DNA from: an uncultured Octadecabacter sp.
GTDB taxonomy: Bacteria; Pseudomonadota; Alphaproteobacteria; Rhodobacterales; Rhodobacteraceae
DNA length: 53,183 nt
Reading direction: 5' to 3'
NCBI GenBank assembly: GCA_937969445.1
Contig: CALBVZ010000020.1
Location: 1-53,183 of the forward strand
Below the pieces are notes generated by a model, which searched no databases, had not been told where the DNA came from, and was given only the letters and a program-made list of their open reading frames with translations. Positions 9,791-20,867 of the stretch are shown one piece after another (within the stretch, counting starts at the first letter, position 1; the number at the start of each line of letters is the position of its first letter). The translations under genes were made by a program, and so were the position numbers.

Positions 9791-9943
9791 TTAGTTGTAC
9801 TTGCCAGTGAAGACTGGCTCGACTGTGACTGGAACCGGGTCAACGACCACGAATTCTTCAACTTCACCTGCGTTGTTAGCGCCACATGCTGCCACGAGGG
9901 CAAGCAGGGAAACGGCGCAAAGGCTCTTGATGCTCTTAGACAT
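9791..9943 (-). CDS. Small lipoprotein, 50 aa (absent from the ORF track)
   Basis: MSKSIKSLCAVSLLALVAAC-GANNAGEVEEFVVVDPVPVTVEPVFTGKYN*; RBS AGGAG; lipobox VAAC. Confidence 0.85.
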   Translation of the reverse strand: MSKSIKSLCAVSLLALVAACGANNAGEVEEFVVVDPVPVTVEPVFTGKYN

Positions 9944-10160
9944 GTTAGTCTCCTGTCTCTGTTTTCCACGCGAGCGGCCCCGACATGACGTCGGTTCCCC
10001 CGCGCATTCTGAGGGTAGGTCACTTGGGTGTAACCAAGTGGAAAACTAACGGAAAACCTGTTCAAAAGATACGAGACGGAAATTGCGGACCCGGCCTGTG
10101 ACTCAGCCGCTACAATCCGCGAACAGGATGAGCTTTGGGGCGCAACATATTGTGTAGGCA

Positions 10161-10511
10161 TCAGAATTCCTCCCAGATGCAGGTATCATTTTCGAGGCTA
10201 AAAATCTCGAAAAACTGTAAAACGTCGGGGTTGTCTTCACCAAACGGGATATCCACAGCCGACATCGACAGCACAATTTGTGACGGTTCAAGCGCGGCTT
10301 CGACCAGCGCTGGCATCACCAATTCATCGCACACAACCTGAAAGTCACCCGCGACATCCGCGTACTGAAACGACGTGCCAATCTCGGGTGTCAGAAAACG
10401 AAAGCGAACGGTTCCAGTCGCCTCTTCCGAGATGAATTCGATAAACGACACGGGCTGGCCCGAGGGCACCTCGATGCCCTTAGCAGCCAGTCCGACCGGT
10501 GTACTTAGCAT
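10161..10511 (-). CDS. Probable exported protein, DUF6497-like
   Basis: VPSGQPV, RFRFLTPEI, QFFEIF...CIWEEF. The start is uncertain; the longer ORF overlaps pccB. Confidence 0.7.
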   Translation of the reverse strand: MLSTPVGLAAKGIEVPSGQPVSFIEFISEEATGTVRFRFLTPEIGTSFQYADVAGDFQVVCDELVMPALVEAALEPSQIVLSMSAVDIPFGEDNPDVLQFFEIFSLENDTCIWEEF

Positions 10512-10563
10512 CAAAAAGCCTGTGAAAACCGGCTTACAAATACTTAGAGACCTAGCGCAAAAA

Positions 10564-12096
10564 CTATAACGGGATGTTGTCATGTTTTTTCCAAGGCATC
10601 TGGGTTTTCTTCCCACGCAGGCCCGCAAAAGCACGGCACAAACGCTTCCGCGTCGAGCTTGGCATGATGACCTCATCCACGAAACCACGCTCAGCGGCCA
10701 CAAACGGGTTCGCGAAACGGTCTTCGTAATCTTTGGTGTGCTTTGCAGTTTTCTCAGCATCGCCAAGGTCTGCGCGGTGGATGATTTCGGTTGCACCTTT
10801 TGCACCCATCACTGCGATCTCAGACGTTGGCCACGCATAGTTCAAGTCACCGCGCAGGTGCTTGGACGACATGACAACATATGCACCACCATAGGCCTTG
10901 CGGGTAATGACGGTGATCTTTGGAACCGTCGCCTCACCGTAGGCAAACAAAAGTTTCGCACCGTGCTTAATCACGCCGTTATACTCCTGCGTCACACCGG
11001 GCAAGAATCCTGGAACGTCGACAAGCGTCAGGATTGGAATTTCAAACGCATCACAGAAGCGCACGAAACGCGCAGCCTTACGCGCACTATCGATGTCCAG
11101 AACACCCGCCAGCACCATAGGCTGGTTGGCAACAACGCCAACGGTCTGCCCTTCAAGGCGGATAAAGCCGGTCAAGATGTTGCCTGCAAAATCCTTCTGG
11201 ATCTCATAAAAATCGCCTTCGTCTGCGATCTTATGAATTAGTTCTTTCATATCGTAAGGCTGGTTCGGGTTATCTGGGATCAGCGTATCGAGGCTGGATT
11301 CCGTCCGCGCAACATCATCAAAGAACGGGCGAACCGGCGGCTTTTCGCGGTTATTCAGCGGCAGGAAGTCAACCAAACGGCGCGCCTCTGCGATCGCCTC
11401 TACGTCGTTCTCAAACGCGGCGTCAGCCACGGAAGATTTGCGCGTGTGAGTTGTCGCGCCCCCCAATTCTTCGGCCGTGACAACCTCATTCGTGACGGTC
11501 TTTACAACGTCAGGGCCCGTGACGAACATGTATGAGCTGTCCTTCACCATAAAGATGAAGTCCGTCATCGCAGGCGAATACACAGCGCCACCCGCACATG
11601 GCCCCATGATCAAACTAATCTGCGGAACCACGCCAGATGCCATGATGTTGCGCTGGAAGATTTCACCGTAGCCACCCAAGGCATCAACGCCTTCTTGAAT
11701 ACGTGCACCACCGGAATCGTTGATCCCCACGATCGGCGCGCCATTCTGCATCGCCATATCCATGATCTTGACGATCTTGGCCGCGTGTGTCGCAGAAACG
11801 GACCCACCAAGAACCGTGAAGTCTTGTGAATAGACATAGACTTGGCGACCGTTGATCGTGCCCCAACCCGTTACAACGCCGTCCCCAGCTGGGCGCGTCT
11901 TTTCCATCCCGAAGTCGGTGCTGCGGTGGGTGACAAAGGTGTCATATTCCTCAAAGCTGCCGTCATCCAACAACAACTCGATACGCTCACGGGCTGTAAG
12001 TTTGCCACGGCCATGCTGGGCGTCGATGCGCTTTTGCCCACCACCCATACGGGCTGCCTCGCGTCGATCTTCAAGCTCTTGCAGGATATCGGTCAT
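10564..12096 (-). CDS. pccB: Propionyl-CoA carboxylase beta subunit
   Basis: [35 protein letters not shown]. Confidence 0.96.
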   Translation of the reverse strand: MTDILQELEDRREAARMGGGQKRIDAQHGRGKLTARERIELLLDDGSFEEYDTFVTHRSTDFGMEKTRPAGDGVVTGWGTINGRQVYVYSQDFTVLGGSVSATHAAKIVKIMDMAMQNGAPIVGINDSGGARIQEGVDALGGYGEIFQRNIMASGVVPQISLIMGPCAGGAVYSPAMTDFIFMVKDSSYMFVTGPDVVKTVTNEVVTAEELGGATTHTRKSSVADAAFENDVEAIAEARRLVDFLPLNNREKPPVRPFFDDVARTESSLDTLIPDNPNQPYDMKELIHKIADEGDFYEIQKDFAGNILTGFIRLEGQTVGVVANQPMVLAGVLDIDSARKAARFVRFCDAFEIPILTLVDVPGFLPGVTQEYNGVIKHGAKLLFAYGEATVPKITVITRKAYGGAYVVMSSKHLRGDLNYAWPTSEIAVMGAKGATEIIHRADLGDAEKTAKHTKDYEDRFANPFVAAERGFVDEVIMPSSTRKRLCRAFAGLRGKKTQMPWKKHDNIPL

Positions 12097-12162
12097 AAAT
12101 CTGTCCCTATTAATTTCGGCGAAGCTACCCCTTATTGCGCCGCGATCCGAGTCCCTTCTCGC

Positions 12163-12206
12163 AAATTTGCAAATTTACTCATTAACTGGATCATGCATTT
12201 GCAAAT
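12163..12206. promoter_or_regulatory. PccR-type operator palindromes upstream of pccB
   Basis: AAATTTGCAAATTT (12163-12176) and ATTTGCAAAT (12197-12206). TTTGCAAA is the motif described upstream of Rhodobacter sphaeroides pccB. Confidence 0.75.
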
Positions 12207-12285
12207 CAGCAAACTGTAGGTGGAATTTGTTACAACCAGAGCGATTGCGTTGGACGAAGACATTTCACACGGCTAGCTGTGTTTC

Positions 12286-13506
12286 ATGGCAACATCACCA
12301 ACGTTACGATTCCTAGATCGCACAACCCCACCCCATATCGCGACTCTCATCCTGATGGCTGGAATCGGGGCGCTTTCGCTTAATGTTTTCTTGCCATCCC
12401 TGCCATCAATGGCAGAGCATTTTGGCGTGGAATACAGTCTGATGCAGCTGTCAGTGTCCGCCTACCTCGCGACAACAGCGGTGGTGCAAATCACCATCGG
12501 CCCAATATCGGACCGCTACGGGCGCAGGCCCGTGGTCCTTGGCACAAGCACCATTTTCATCCTTGCCAGCATTGGTGCGGTCTACGCCCCTAATTTCACA
12601 GTATTTTTAATCTGCCGCCTGCTGCAAACAGCCATCGCCACCGCCTTTGTGATCAGCCGCGCCGTCATCCGCGACATGGTCCCACAAGAACAGGCAGCGT
12701 CTATGATCGGCTACGTCACGATGGGCATGTCCGTCGTACCAATGCTAGGGCCCGCCTTGGGCGGCCGATTAGACGAAGCCTTTGGCTGGCAAGCATCTTT
12801 CTGGGTGCTAGCGGCCGGCGGCGTTATGGTGTTCGTGCTTTGCTTTTTCGATCAGGGCGAGACATTCACAAAACGCGAAGGCGGTTTTTCTGCACAGCTT
12901 CGCGAATACCCTAAACTCCTGACATCTCAACGGTTTTGGGGATATTGCCTTGCCGCTGCGTTCTCTTCCGGCGCGTTCTTCGCCTACCTTGGCGGGGCAC
13001 CCTTTGTGGGAAGCGAGGTCTTCAACATGGAGCCATCGGAGCTCGGCCTTTACTTTGGCGCGCCGGCTATTGGGTACCTTGTCGGGAATGGATTGTCAGG
13101 CCGGTTCTCGGTTTCCGTCGGGATCAATCGCATGGTTTTGCTCGGCGCGCTTCTCGCAGTCAGCGGCATGGCGTTGCTCTTGTTCCTTGATTTAGTTGGC
13201 ATCAGCCATCCGCATGTTTTCTTTGGGTTCATGATTTCGATTGGCCTTGGGAACGGCATCATGCTGCCAAACGCCAACGCTGGTATGCTGTCCGTGCGCC
13301 CCGCACTTGCAGGGTCGGCAGCGGGTCTTGGCGGGGCATTTATGATTGGTGGCGGCGCTGCGCTTTCGGTCATCGCTGGGTTTATCCTTGGCCCAGACAC
13401 GGGTGCGCGCCCATTGATCATCTTGATGCTGGTCACTGCTGTAATCGCAGTCTTTTGCGCCCTTTGGGTTATCAAACGCTCGGCTATTGTCGAAGACGCA
13501 ACCTAG
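12286..13506 (+). CDS. Bcr/CflA family MFS efflux transporter
   Basis: FLPSLP, GPISDRYGRRPV, about 12 TM segments. Confidence 0.9.
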   Translation: MATSPTLRFLDRTTPPHIATLILMAGIGALSLNVFLPSLPSMAEHFGVEYSLMQLSVSAYLATTAVVQITIGPISDRYGRRPVVLGTSTIFILASIGAVYAPNFTVFLICRLLQTAIATAFVISRAVIRDMVPQEQAASMIGYVTMGMSVVPMLGPALGGRLDEAFGWQASFWVLAAGGVMVFVLCFFDQGETFTKREGGFSAQLREYPKLLTSQRFWGYCLAAAFSSGAFFAYLGGAPFVGSEVFNMEPSELGLYFGAPAIGYLVGNGLSGRFSVSVGINRMVLLGALLAVSGMALLLFLDLVGISHPHVFFGFMISIGLGNGIMLPNANAGMLSVRPALAGSAAGLGGAFMIGGGAALSVIAGFILGPDTGARPLIILMLVTAVIAVFCALWVIKRSAIVEDAT

Positions 13507-13524
13507 CGCGACCTCTCGACTCGT

Positions 13525-13538
13525 GACTTTGCAAAGTC
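13525..13538. promoter_or_regulatory. Probable PccR autoregulatory site
   Basis: Perfect palindrome GACTTTGCAAAGTC 40 nt upstream of the regulator start. Confidence 0.7.
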
Positions 13539-13577
13539 TATTATCAAATTTGCATTTCATCGATTTAGGGACACGAC

Positions 13578-14972
13578 ATGGCACCGCATAAACTCTACGC
13601 TGGCGCTAAGCTGCGCGAATTACGCGGACGTATCGGCTGCACGCAAAAAGCATTTGCTGAAAAGCTCGGCGTTTCTTTGCCCTATCTAAACCAGATGGAA
13701 AACAACAACCGCCCGGTGTCGACGACGGTCGTTTTGGCCTTGGCGCAAGAGTTTGGCTTTGACGTCACCGAGCTGCAATCAGGCGACGAGGCGCGCCTTG
13801 TCGGGGACATGCGCGAAGCCTTGGCCGATCCAATTTTCACAAGCGCCACGCCGCCGCTGGTCGACCTGCGCCTCGCCGCATCAAACGCTCCTGCCCTTGC
13901 CCGCGCATTCCTTGAACTCCACACCGCCTACCGCCAAACGCACGAACGCCTCGCGTCGTTAGACGAAGCCTTAGGTCGCGAAGACAGCCGCCTATCCGCC
14001 AGCCCGTGGGAAGAAGTGCGCGACTTTTTCCATTACTGCGACAACTACATTGATGCCGTAGACCGCGCCGCAGAGCGTTTTGCGAGCAACGCGAAAGGCG
14101 ATATTGATAGTGCAGCCCGAAGCGCGTTAGCTGAAACCGGAGTGCGGATTGTCTACACCGACAAGGACGCGATCCGCCATTACGACCCTGAAACACGCGT
14201 CCTCACACTTGCAGCCAAAGCAGCGCCCGCAACTCAGCGCTTTCAGTTATTGTTGCAAGTTGCGCTGATACAGCAAGAGAAGCTGTTGGAAGCCACGCTT
14301 GATCTTGCACGTTTTCAATCCCCACAGGCGCGCAGTATCGCCAAAGTCGGATTAGCGAATTATTTCGCTGGCGCAACGTTAATGCCATATGAGAAATTCC
14401 TGGCAGCGGCCCAAGACACCCGTCATGACCTTGAACGTTTGGTCGATCAGTTTGGTGTATCACTTGAACAAGTCGCCCATCGCCTTTCAACGCTGCAACG
14501 CCCTGGCGCGAAGGGTATCCCGTTCTTCTTTGTGCGTGTTGATCCCGCAGGCACGATCACCAAACGCCACTCGGCAACGACGTTGCAGTTCGCGCGGTTT
14601 GGCGGCGCCTGCCCGTTGTGGAACGTGCATAGCGCGTTTGAAACGCCGGGTCGTTGGTTGCGTCAACTGGCGCAAACCCCTGATGGCGTTCGGTATTTCT
14701 GCCTCGCAAGGGACGTGAGCAAACCTGGTGGTGCGTGGGGCGTACCCACGCGACGCTATGCCATTGGGCTGGGTTGTGAAGTTAAACACGCCTCAAAACT
14801 GGTCTACGCGGATCATATGATGACCGAAGACGCGGACGCCTTTGAACCGATTGGGATTTCCTGTCGCATCTGCGAACGCAAAGCCTGCCCGCATCGCTCA
14901 GTTCCGCCACTAGAACGCCAGTTGCGCGTTGACCCGAATGAACGTGGCATGCTGCCCTACCAATTGGACTAA
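13578..14972 (+). CDS. pccR: Short-chain fatty acyl-CoA regulator (ScfR family), PccR
   Basis: N-terminal XRE HTH, HRLSTLQRPG, C-terminal CRICERKACPHR; located beside pccB. Confidence 0.88.
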   Translation: MAPHKLYAGAKLRELRGRIGCTQKAFAEKLGVSLPYLNQMENNNRPVSTTVVLALAQEFGFDVTELQSGDEARLVGDMREALADPIFTSATPPLVDLRLAASNAPALARAFLELHTAYRQTHERLASLDEALGREDSRLSASPWEEVRDFFHYCDNYIDAVDRAAERFASNAKGDIDSAARSALAETGVRIVYTDKDAIRHYDPETRVLTLAAKAAPATQRFQLLLQVALIQQEKLLEATLDLARFQSPQARSIAKVGLANYFAGATLMPYEKFLAAAQDTRHDLERLVDQFGVSLEQVAHRLSTLQRPGAKGIPFFFVRVDPAGTITKRHSATTLQFARFGGACPLWNVHSAFETPGRWLRQLAQTPDGVRYFCLARDVSKPGGAWGVPTRRYAIGLGCEVKHASKLVYADHMMTEDADAFEPIGISCRICERKACPHRSVPPLERQLRVDPNERGMLPYQLD

Positions 14973-15003
14973 AGCAGCCGCCACGCAATTTTTCAGGTGC
15001 GAA

Positions 15004-15240
15004 CTAAGCCGCAAGCATCGTCCAAATTTGGTCCTTCAGCGACATCCGCTCTTTGCGCATATCCTGCATGTGCGCATCGTCCGTAGGCTCAACATCTGTT
15101 TCTGCACGGTGAATAGCGCGGTTCACGTTGTGATATGCATCCGAAAGCTTAGCGAAATGTGCATCTGATTGTTTTAGATCGCTAATTTTTGCGGCGTGTT
15201 CTGGGAATTCGTCTGCAAGTTCGTGGGCTGTGTGTGACAT
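15004..15240 (-). CDS. DUF465 / YdcH family small coiled-coil protein
   Basis: MSHTAHELADEFPE...RKERMSLKDQI; RBS AGGAGG. Confidence 0.85.
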   Translation of the reverse strand: MSHTAHELADEFPEHAAKISDLKQSDAHFAKLSDAYHNVNRAIHRAETDVEPTDDAHMQDMRKERMSLKDQIWTMLAA

Positions 15241-15295
15241 GAGTGTCCTCCTATTCGTGTCAGGAGGATGTTAAAACGCCGCGACTTACGCCGCT

Positions 15296-15309
15296 TTGAT
15301 CAGGATCAA
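15296..15309. promoter_or_regulatory. FNR/FnrL box
   Basis: Perfect TTGAT-CAGG-ATCAA, centred 41.5 nt upstream of the +1 implied by -10 TAACAT (15273-15268). Confidence 0.8.
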
Positions 15310-15318
15310 AAATCGCAG

Positions 15319-15972
15319 TTAGTTTCGCGCAGCACGCCAACCAGCAGATCGCGCTTCAGTTTCACTGCAAAACCATCGCTCGCCACTTGCCTCATTAATA
15401 CGGGTGTTGGCGTAATCTCGATTGTGGGGCATGTGATAGATCCGTCCTGAACCGGAAATGTTGCCTTTAATAATGCAATTGGCATCTGGCGCAGCGATGT
15501 CCGGCGAAGGCGCGCGCTGGTCGGCGCGGTACGCTGACGGCTCCTGCATCGAACTCGCCCAAAGCCCGAGGCCGAGCACTTGAGCGGATTTTTCAGCCAA
15601 GTCGTAGTCCATTGAATACTCGCGATACGCCCGCGCCCAACCATCAGAAACGAGCGCTTCACCAATGTCGCGCCCGTTGATATAGCACTTGGCAACACTG
15701 CGCCCATACCTATCTTGTTCCACTTCGCGGCAGGTAGCGCGAACGCCTTGATAACGCCTCGCCGCTTCTTCACGCACGAAGGCACCACATGGCCAAACGC
15801 GCCCCTGTGCATCCTCACAGGTTTGCTCTGTTTCGGGGGCATCAATACCGTGAAGCCGCACGCGCTGGCCGGAAACGTCCAATGTATCGCCATCAATGAC
15901 GCGCACAGCCCCTTCTATATCTGCGAAGGCGGGGGATGAGAGACACAAGATAAGCGATAAAATGCGGAACAT
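15319..15972 (-). CDS. Secreted thermonuclease (SNase-like) family protein
   Basis: Signal peptide; VIDGDT; RLHGIDAPE; DRYGR; C-terminal CIIKGNI...WFCSE domain. Confidence 0.9.
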   Translation of the reverse strand: MFRILSLILCLSSPAFADIEGAVRVIDGDTLDVSGQRVRLHGIDAPETEQTCEDAQGRVWPCGAFVREEAARRYQGVRATCREVEQDRYGRSVAKCYINGRDIGEALVSDGWARAYREYSMDYDLAEKSAQVLGLGLWASSMQEPSAYRADQRAPSPDIAAPDANCIIKGNISGSGRIYHMPHNRDYANTRINEASGERWFCSETEARSAGWRAARN

Positions 15973-16026
15973 TCCGCTAACTAAGTGTTAACGGGGCCAA
16001 TTCGCAAGTCAGAACTTGTTAACGGG

Positions 16027-17673
16027 TTAACGTTGGGCGGTTTTCCAGTCAGGGTGAAGCCATGGTGCATCATTGCTGGGTGCAAGCGGCGCCTTTCCAA
16101 GTACATGATCCGCGATTTTTTCACCCACCATGATCGACGGCGCATTCAGATTGCCGTTGGTGATGCGCGGGAAAATGGAACTATCCGCCACGCGCAAACC
16201 TTCCACACCGATCACACGGCCCAGCGGGTCAACAACCGCCATCGGGTCGTTCGCGCTGCCCATCTTACAGGTGCCGCAAGGGTGATAGGCGCTTTCGACG
16301 TCTTCGCGAATGGCGGCATCCAAGGCTTCATCAGATTGCGCGTCCGCCCCCGGTAGCAATTCCTCACCGCGAAATTTCGCAAACGCGTCCTGCCCGAAAA
16401 TTTCACGCGTAAGGCGGATACAATTGCGGAACTCTTCCCAATCATCCGGATGTGACATGTAATTGAAGAAGATTTTCGGATCGGCCGTTGGATCAGCTGA
16501 ATTCAACGTCACGGCACCACGAGACTTGGATCGCATCGGCCCAACATGGGCTTGAAATCCTTCCTGCGCACCTGTTCCGTCATAGCGAACAGCGATAGGC
16601 AAGAAATGGAACTGAATGTCAGGATAGTCCAATCCGGCCTTGGATCGAATGAAACCCGCCGCTTCGAACTGATTGGATGCGCCGATGCCTGATTTTGTAA
16701 ACAACCAGCGCGCGCCGACCCATGCTTTGGCGATCATTGACCAGTATTTGTAAAGGCTGTGACGCCCCTTCGCGGCCATTTGAACGTAAAGCTCAAGGTG
16801 GTCTTGTAGGTTTTGTCCAACTCCGGCGCGATCCGCGACAACGTCAATCCCGTGCTCGGACAGGTGTTCAGCCGGGCCAATGCCAGACAGCATCAACAGT
16901 TTGGGTGAGTTGATTGCAGAGGCTGCAATAATGACCTCAACGCTGGCCTCAAGAACGCGACCGTCCGTTAGCTCAACACCTGTCGCTCGGCCATTCTCAA
17001 GAATAACGCGCGCAGCAGTACCGTGTACGACTTCGCAGTTTCCTGTGGCTTGGGCGGGGCGCAAATAGGCCGACGCGGCGGACCAGCGTTTGCCTTTCCA
17101 GATGGTTGCATCAAACGGGCCAAAACCCTCTTGTTTTTCGCCGTTGTAGTCCGACGTCAGCTCATACCCAGCCTGCGCGCCGGCCTTAATAAAGGCGCGG
17201 GTCAAACGGTTCGTTCCAGGACCACGGGTCACATGAAGTGGGCCACCTTTACCGCGCCAATCTTTATCGCCACCGCGTCCGCCAGAATGCCAATCTTCCA
17301 TGCGTTTATAATAGGGTAACACATCAGCGTAGGCCCAACCTTGCGCACCGCTCTCGGCCCAATGGTCAAAATCCTTCGCATGACCACGCACATAAATCAT
17401 GCCATTAATCGAGGACGACCCGCCAATCACCTTACCGCGCGGACAGGCCAGTTCACGCCCGCCAAGATGGGGTTCTGGCGCGGATTTATAACCCCAGTCA
17501 TACCTCTTCATGCTCATCGGATAGGACAGCGCGGCGGGCATATTGATGAACGGGCCAATGTCGGTACCGCCCGTTTCAACCACGATGACCTTGCGCCCAG
17601 CCTCGGCCAATCGATAGGCCATCGCGCACCCTGCGCTGCCCGCACCGACAATGATGTATTCAGCGCTATTCAT
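16027..17673 (-). CDS. betA: Choline dehydrogenase
   Basis: GMC oxidoreductase motifs [28 protein letters not shown]; start MNSAEYI. Confidence 0.95.
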   Translation of the reverse strand: MNSAEYIIVGAGSAGCAMAYRLAEAGRKVIVVETGGTDIGPFINMPAALSYPMSMKRYDWGYKSAPEPHLGGRELACPRGKVIGGSSSINGMIYVRGHAKDFDHWAESGAQGWAYADVLPYYKRMEDWHSGGRGGDKDWRGKGGPLHVTRGPGTNRLTRAFIKAGAQAGYELTSDYNGEKQEGFGPFDATIWKGKRWSAASAYLRPAQATGNCEVVHGTAARVILENGRATGVELTDGRVLEASVEVIIAASAINSPKLLMLSGIGPAEHLSEHGIDVVADRAGVGQNLQDHLELYVQMAAKGRHSLYKYWSMIAKAWVGARWLFTKSGIGASNQFEAAGFIRSKAGLDYPDIQFHFLPIAVRYDGTGAQEGFQAHVGPMRSKSRGAVTLNSADPTADPKIFFNYMSHPDDWEEFRNCIRLTREIFGQDAFAKFRGEELLPGADAQSDEALDAAIREDVESAYHPCGTCKMGSANDPMAVVDPLGRVIGVEGLRVADSSIFPRITNGNLNAPSIMVGEKIADHVLGKAPLAPSNDAPWLHPDWKTAQR

Positions 17674-17903
17674 GAGTTTAAGTACCCAAAAAAGAGCGAG
17701 AAAAATGCACCGACGTGAACAACCATGATCGCACGGTCTTTCCACATGACGCCAACGGCGAACCACAAAATGATGCCGCCAAAGAAGAAAAAGATGTTCC
17801 AAGGCACGACGTTCAAGCCTGTTAACCCATAGCCAATCAATTGGATCACGGTCGCGACCCACTTAACGGTATCAGCGTAAGGGGATGTTCGCAGTGCGGT
17901 CAA
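17670..17903 (-). CDS. Small 3-TM membrane protein (DUF6552-like)
   Basis: ATGA overlaps with betB and betA on either side; three hydrophobic segments. Confidence 0.8.
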   Translation of the reverse strand: MTALRTSPYADTVKWVATVIQLIGYGLTGLNVVPWNIFFFFGGIILWFAVGVMWKDRAIMVVHVGAFFSLFFGYLNS

Positions 17904-19357
17904 AACGGGGCCTCGACGGGTGCCATGCCGACATAAACCGATTTCACCTGACTGTAATGCTCGATCGCCGCCTTGGAGTTTTCACGCCCAACACCAGACA
18001 GTTTTGACCCACCAAACGGGGCCTCAACAGGGGCAAGATTATAGGTGTTGATGTAGGTCGTTCCGGCCTCAAACCCTGCGACCATGCGGTGTGCGCGCTT
18101 AAGGTCTTTGGTAAACACACCCGCTGCAAGACCGAAGTCTGTGGCGTTGGCACGTTTCAGTACATCCGCTTCATCTTCAAAATCCAGCACGCTTAAGACA
18201 GGGCCAAATATCTCGTCCGTGGCAATTACCATATCATCAGTAACGTCAGCGAAAACCGTGGGTTGCAAGAAAAACCCCTTAACCCCTTCGCGCTCACCAC
18301 CCGCGACCAATCGTGCGCCCTGCTCTAGTCCCTTAGCGATAAAGCCCTGCACGATCTCCATCTGGCGGCCTGAAACCATCGGCCCGAAATTAACGGATTC
18401 ATCCAGTGGATCGCCCATTTTCACGTCCCTCAAGCGCTCCGATAGGCGCTTTAGAAACGCCTCTTTGATCCCCGACTGCACGAACACGCGCGTACCGTTG
18501 GAACAGACCTGGCCAGAGCTGTAGAAATTCCCCAAAATGGCCCCGCCAACGGCGTCTTCCAAATCCGCATCATCAAAAATCACGATCGGGGATTTGCCGC
18601 CAAGTTCCATCGTGACATGGCGAATACCCTCGGCCGCTGCCGCGTAGACCTTGCGGCCAGTCGGGACTGAACCGGTAAGCGAGACCTTATCGACGCGTGG
18701 ATCCGTAACCAACGCAGCGCCAACATCACCCAAGCCCTGAATGACATTATAGACGCCCGCCGGAGCGCCTGCCTCATGCAAGATTTCTGCGACCTTGAGC
18801 GCACATAGTGGCGTCTGCTCTGACGGTTTAAAGATCATTGAATTGCCGCAAGCGAGCGCGGGGGCACCCTTCCAAGATGCGATCTGCGTGGGATAGTTCC
18901 ATGCGCCAATGCCGACGCAAACACCCAGCGCTTCGCGGCGGGTGTAAACGAAGTCTTCGCCAAGCTGGATGTGCTCACCCGTCAACGATGCAGCCAAGCC
19001 GCCAAAGTATTCCAACGCATCAGCCCCAGATGTGGCATCGGCAACCAGCGTTTCCTGTAGCGGTTTTCCCGTGTCGTTTGTCTCAAGCACGGAAAGATCG
19101 TAATTGCGCTCGCGCATGATGTCGGCGGCGCGGCGCAGCACACGTCCCCGCTCAGTTCCTGTCATCGCAGCCCATTCGCCCTGCGCGCGTTTGGCGGCGG
19201 ATACCGCTTGTTCAATGATCGCTGGTGTCGCGCCATAAACGATAGCGATCTGCTCCTCGGAAACAGGGCAGATTACCGGGATCGGTGTGCCGTTTTTGTC
19301 TTCTACATATTCGCCGTCGATGAAGTGGCTGGCAATAGGCTGGATATCGTAGGGCAT
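17900..19357 (-). CDS. betB: Betaine aldehyde dehydrogenase
   Basis: [25 protein letters not shown]; start MPYDIQP. Confidence 0.95.
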   Translation of the reverse strand: MPYDIQPIASHFIDGEYVEDKNGTPIPVICPVSEEQIAIVYGATPAIIEQAVSAAKRAQGEWAAMTGTERGRVLRRAADIMRERNYDLSVLETNDTGKPLQETLVADATSGADALEYFGGLAASLTGEHIQLGEDFVYTRREALGVCVGIGAWNYPTQIASWKGAPALACGNSMIFKPSEQTPLCALKVAEILHEAGAPAGVYNVIQGLGDVGAALVTDPRVDKVSLTGSVPTGRKVYAAAAEGIRHVTMELGGKSPIVIFDDADLEDAVGGAILGNFYSSGQVCSNGTRVFVQSGIKEAFLKRLSERLRDVKMGDPLDESVNFGPMVSGRQMEIVQGFIAKGLEQGARLVAGGEREGVKGFFLQPTVFADVTDDMVIATDEIFGPVLSVLDFEDEADVLKRANATDFGLAAGVFTKDLKRAHRMVAGFEAGTTYINTYNLAPVEAPFGGSKLSGVGRENSKAAIEHYSQVKSVYVGMAPVEAPF

Positions 19358-19358
19358 G

Positions 19359-20867
19359 TTATTCCCCTCTCGGAAAGCGTTGATTTTCCTCAAGAACATT
19401 GAGGTCCATGTGGTTGCGCATGTAACGTTCTGATGCTTTTTGAAGCGGTTGATAGTCCCACGGGAAGTAGTTCCCGTTGCGCAACGCCTCATACACGACC
19501 CAGCGGCGGGCCTGGCTTTCGCGCACAGCTTCATCATATGCGTTCAGGTCCCAGCGGGCTTCGGATTTGGCACGCAATTGGCCCACCGTCCCTTGATGTT
19601 TTGCAACATCCGCTAGGTTGGTCAGTTCATTCGGATCGGCTTCAATATCAAATAACTGATCTGGATCGAGTAAGCACCGCGTGTATTTCCATTTTCCGTA
19701 CCGCAAACACACAAGCGGGCTGTATGACCCTTCAGCGGCATACTCCATCGCGACAGGTTCCGTACGCTCAACACCCTGCCCCATCGGGACGAGCGACATG
19801 CCTTCCGTCCACGGCATAACCTCTTCCATCGACACGCCCGCGAGGTCACATAGCGTCGGGGTGACATCGATGTTTGAGACAGGCGTTTCCAACAACCCCG
19901 CTTCCATTTGTGGCGCACTGATCATCAGGGGCACACGGGAAGATCCCTCAAAGAACGACATCTTGAACCAAAGCCCGCGATCGCCAAGCATATCCCCGTG
20001 GTCTGACACAAACAGGATCGTCGCGTCTTGGCGCGTATCTTCCAATGTTTGCAGAACCTCACCAACCTTATCATCGAGGTAGGAAATATTGGCGAAATAG
20101 GCGCGTCGGGCGCGGCGGATTTGTTCTTCGGTTATGTCGAAATTCTCGTGGTCGTTGGCATCAAGAATACGCTTTGAATGGGCATCTTGGTCCCTATAAG
20201 GGATCGGGCCGACATCTGGCATCAGATGCTCGCAATCCTCGTATAGGTCCCAATACTTCTTGCGCGCAACGTAGGGGTCATGGGGGTGTGTGAACGAAAC
20301 CGTGAGACACCAAGGACGTTCGTCATGGCCGCGCGATAGGTCATACAATTTGCGGGTCGCGTTATAGGCGACCTCGTCATCGTATTCCATTTGGTTGGTG
20401 ATTTCGGCGACACCAGCGCCAGTAACCGACCCCATGTTGTGGTACCACCAATCGATCCGTTCGCCTGGTTTGCGATAATCCGGCGTCCATCCAAAATCGG
20501 GCGGGTAGATGTCCGTGGTCAGGCGTTCTTCGAACCCGTGCAGCTGATCCGGACCAACAAAATGCATCTTACCCGACAGACAGGTCTGATACCCAGCGCG
20601 GCGCAGATGGTGCGCATAAGTTGGTATGGACGACGCAAATTCTGATGCATTATCATAAACTTGCGTCCGCGACGGCAACTGTCCAGACATGAATGACGCC
20701 CGCCCGGGTGCGCACAAGGGTGACGCGGTATAGGCATTCTTGAAACGGGTCGACTTTGCCGCAAGCTTTTTCAAATTCGGCGCATGCAGCCAGTCCGCCG
20801 GACCATCTGGGAACAGCGTACCGTTCAATTGGTCGACCATGATGATAAGAATATTTGGCTTTCTCAT
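19359..20867 (-). CDS. betC: Choline sulfatase
   Basis: Sulfatase motif [17 protein letters not shown]. Confidence 0.95.
   Translation of the reverse strand: MRKPNILIIMVDQLNGTLFPDGPADWLHAPNLKKLAAKSTRFKNAYTASPLCAPGRASFMSGQLPSRTQVYDNASEFASSIPTYAHHLRRAGYQTCLSGKMHFVGPDQLHGFEERLTTDIYPPDFGWTPDYRKPGERIDWWYHNMGSVTGAGVAEITNQMEYDDEVAYNATRKLYDLSRGHDERPWCLTVSFTHPHDPYVARKKYWDLYEDCEHLMPDVGPIPYRDQDAHSKRILDANDHENFDITEEQIRRARRAYFANISYLDDKVGEVLQTLEDTRQDATILFVSDHGDMLGDRGLWFKMSFFEGSSRVPLMISAPQMEAGLLETPVSNIDVTPTLCDLAGVSMEEVMPWTEGMSLVPMGQGVERTEPVAMEYAAEGSYSPLVCLRYGKWKYTRCLLDPDQLFDIEADPNELTNLADVAKHQGTVGQLRAKSEARWDLNAYDEAVRESQARRWVVYEALRNGNYFPWDYQPLQKASERYMRNHMDLNVLEENQRFPRGE

Noticed and set aside
9724-10161. 145-aa minus-strand ORF
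   Set aside because: It overlaps the better supported 50-aa lipoprotein, which has an RBS and lipobox.
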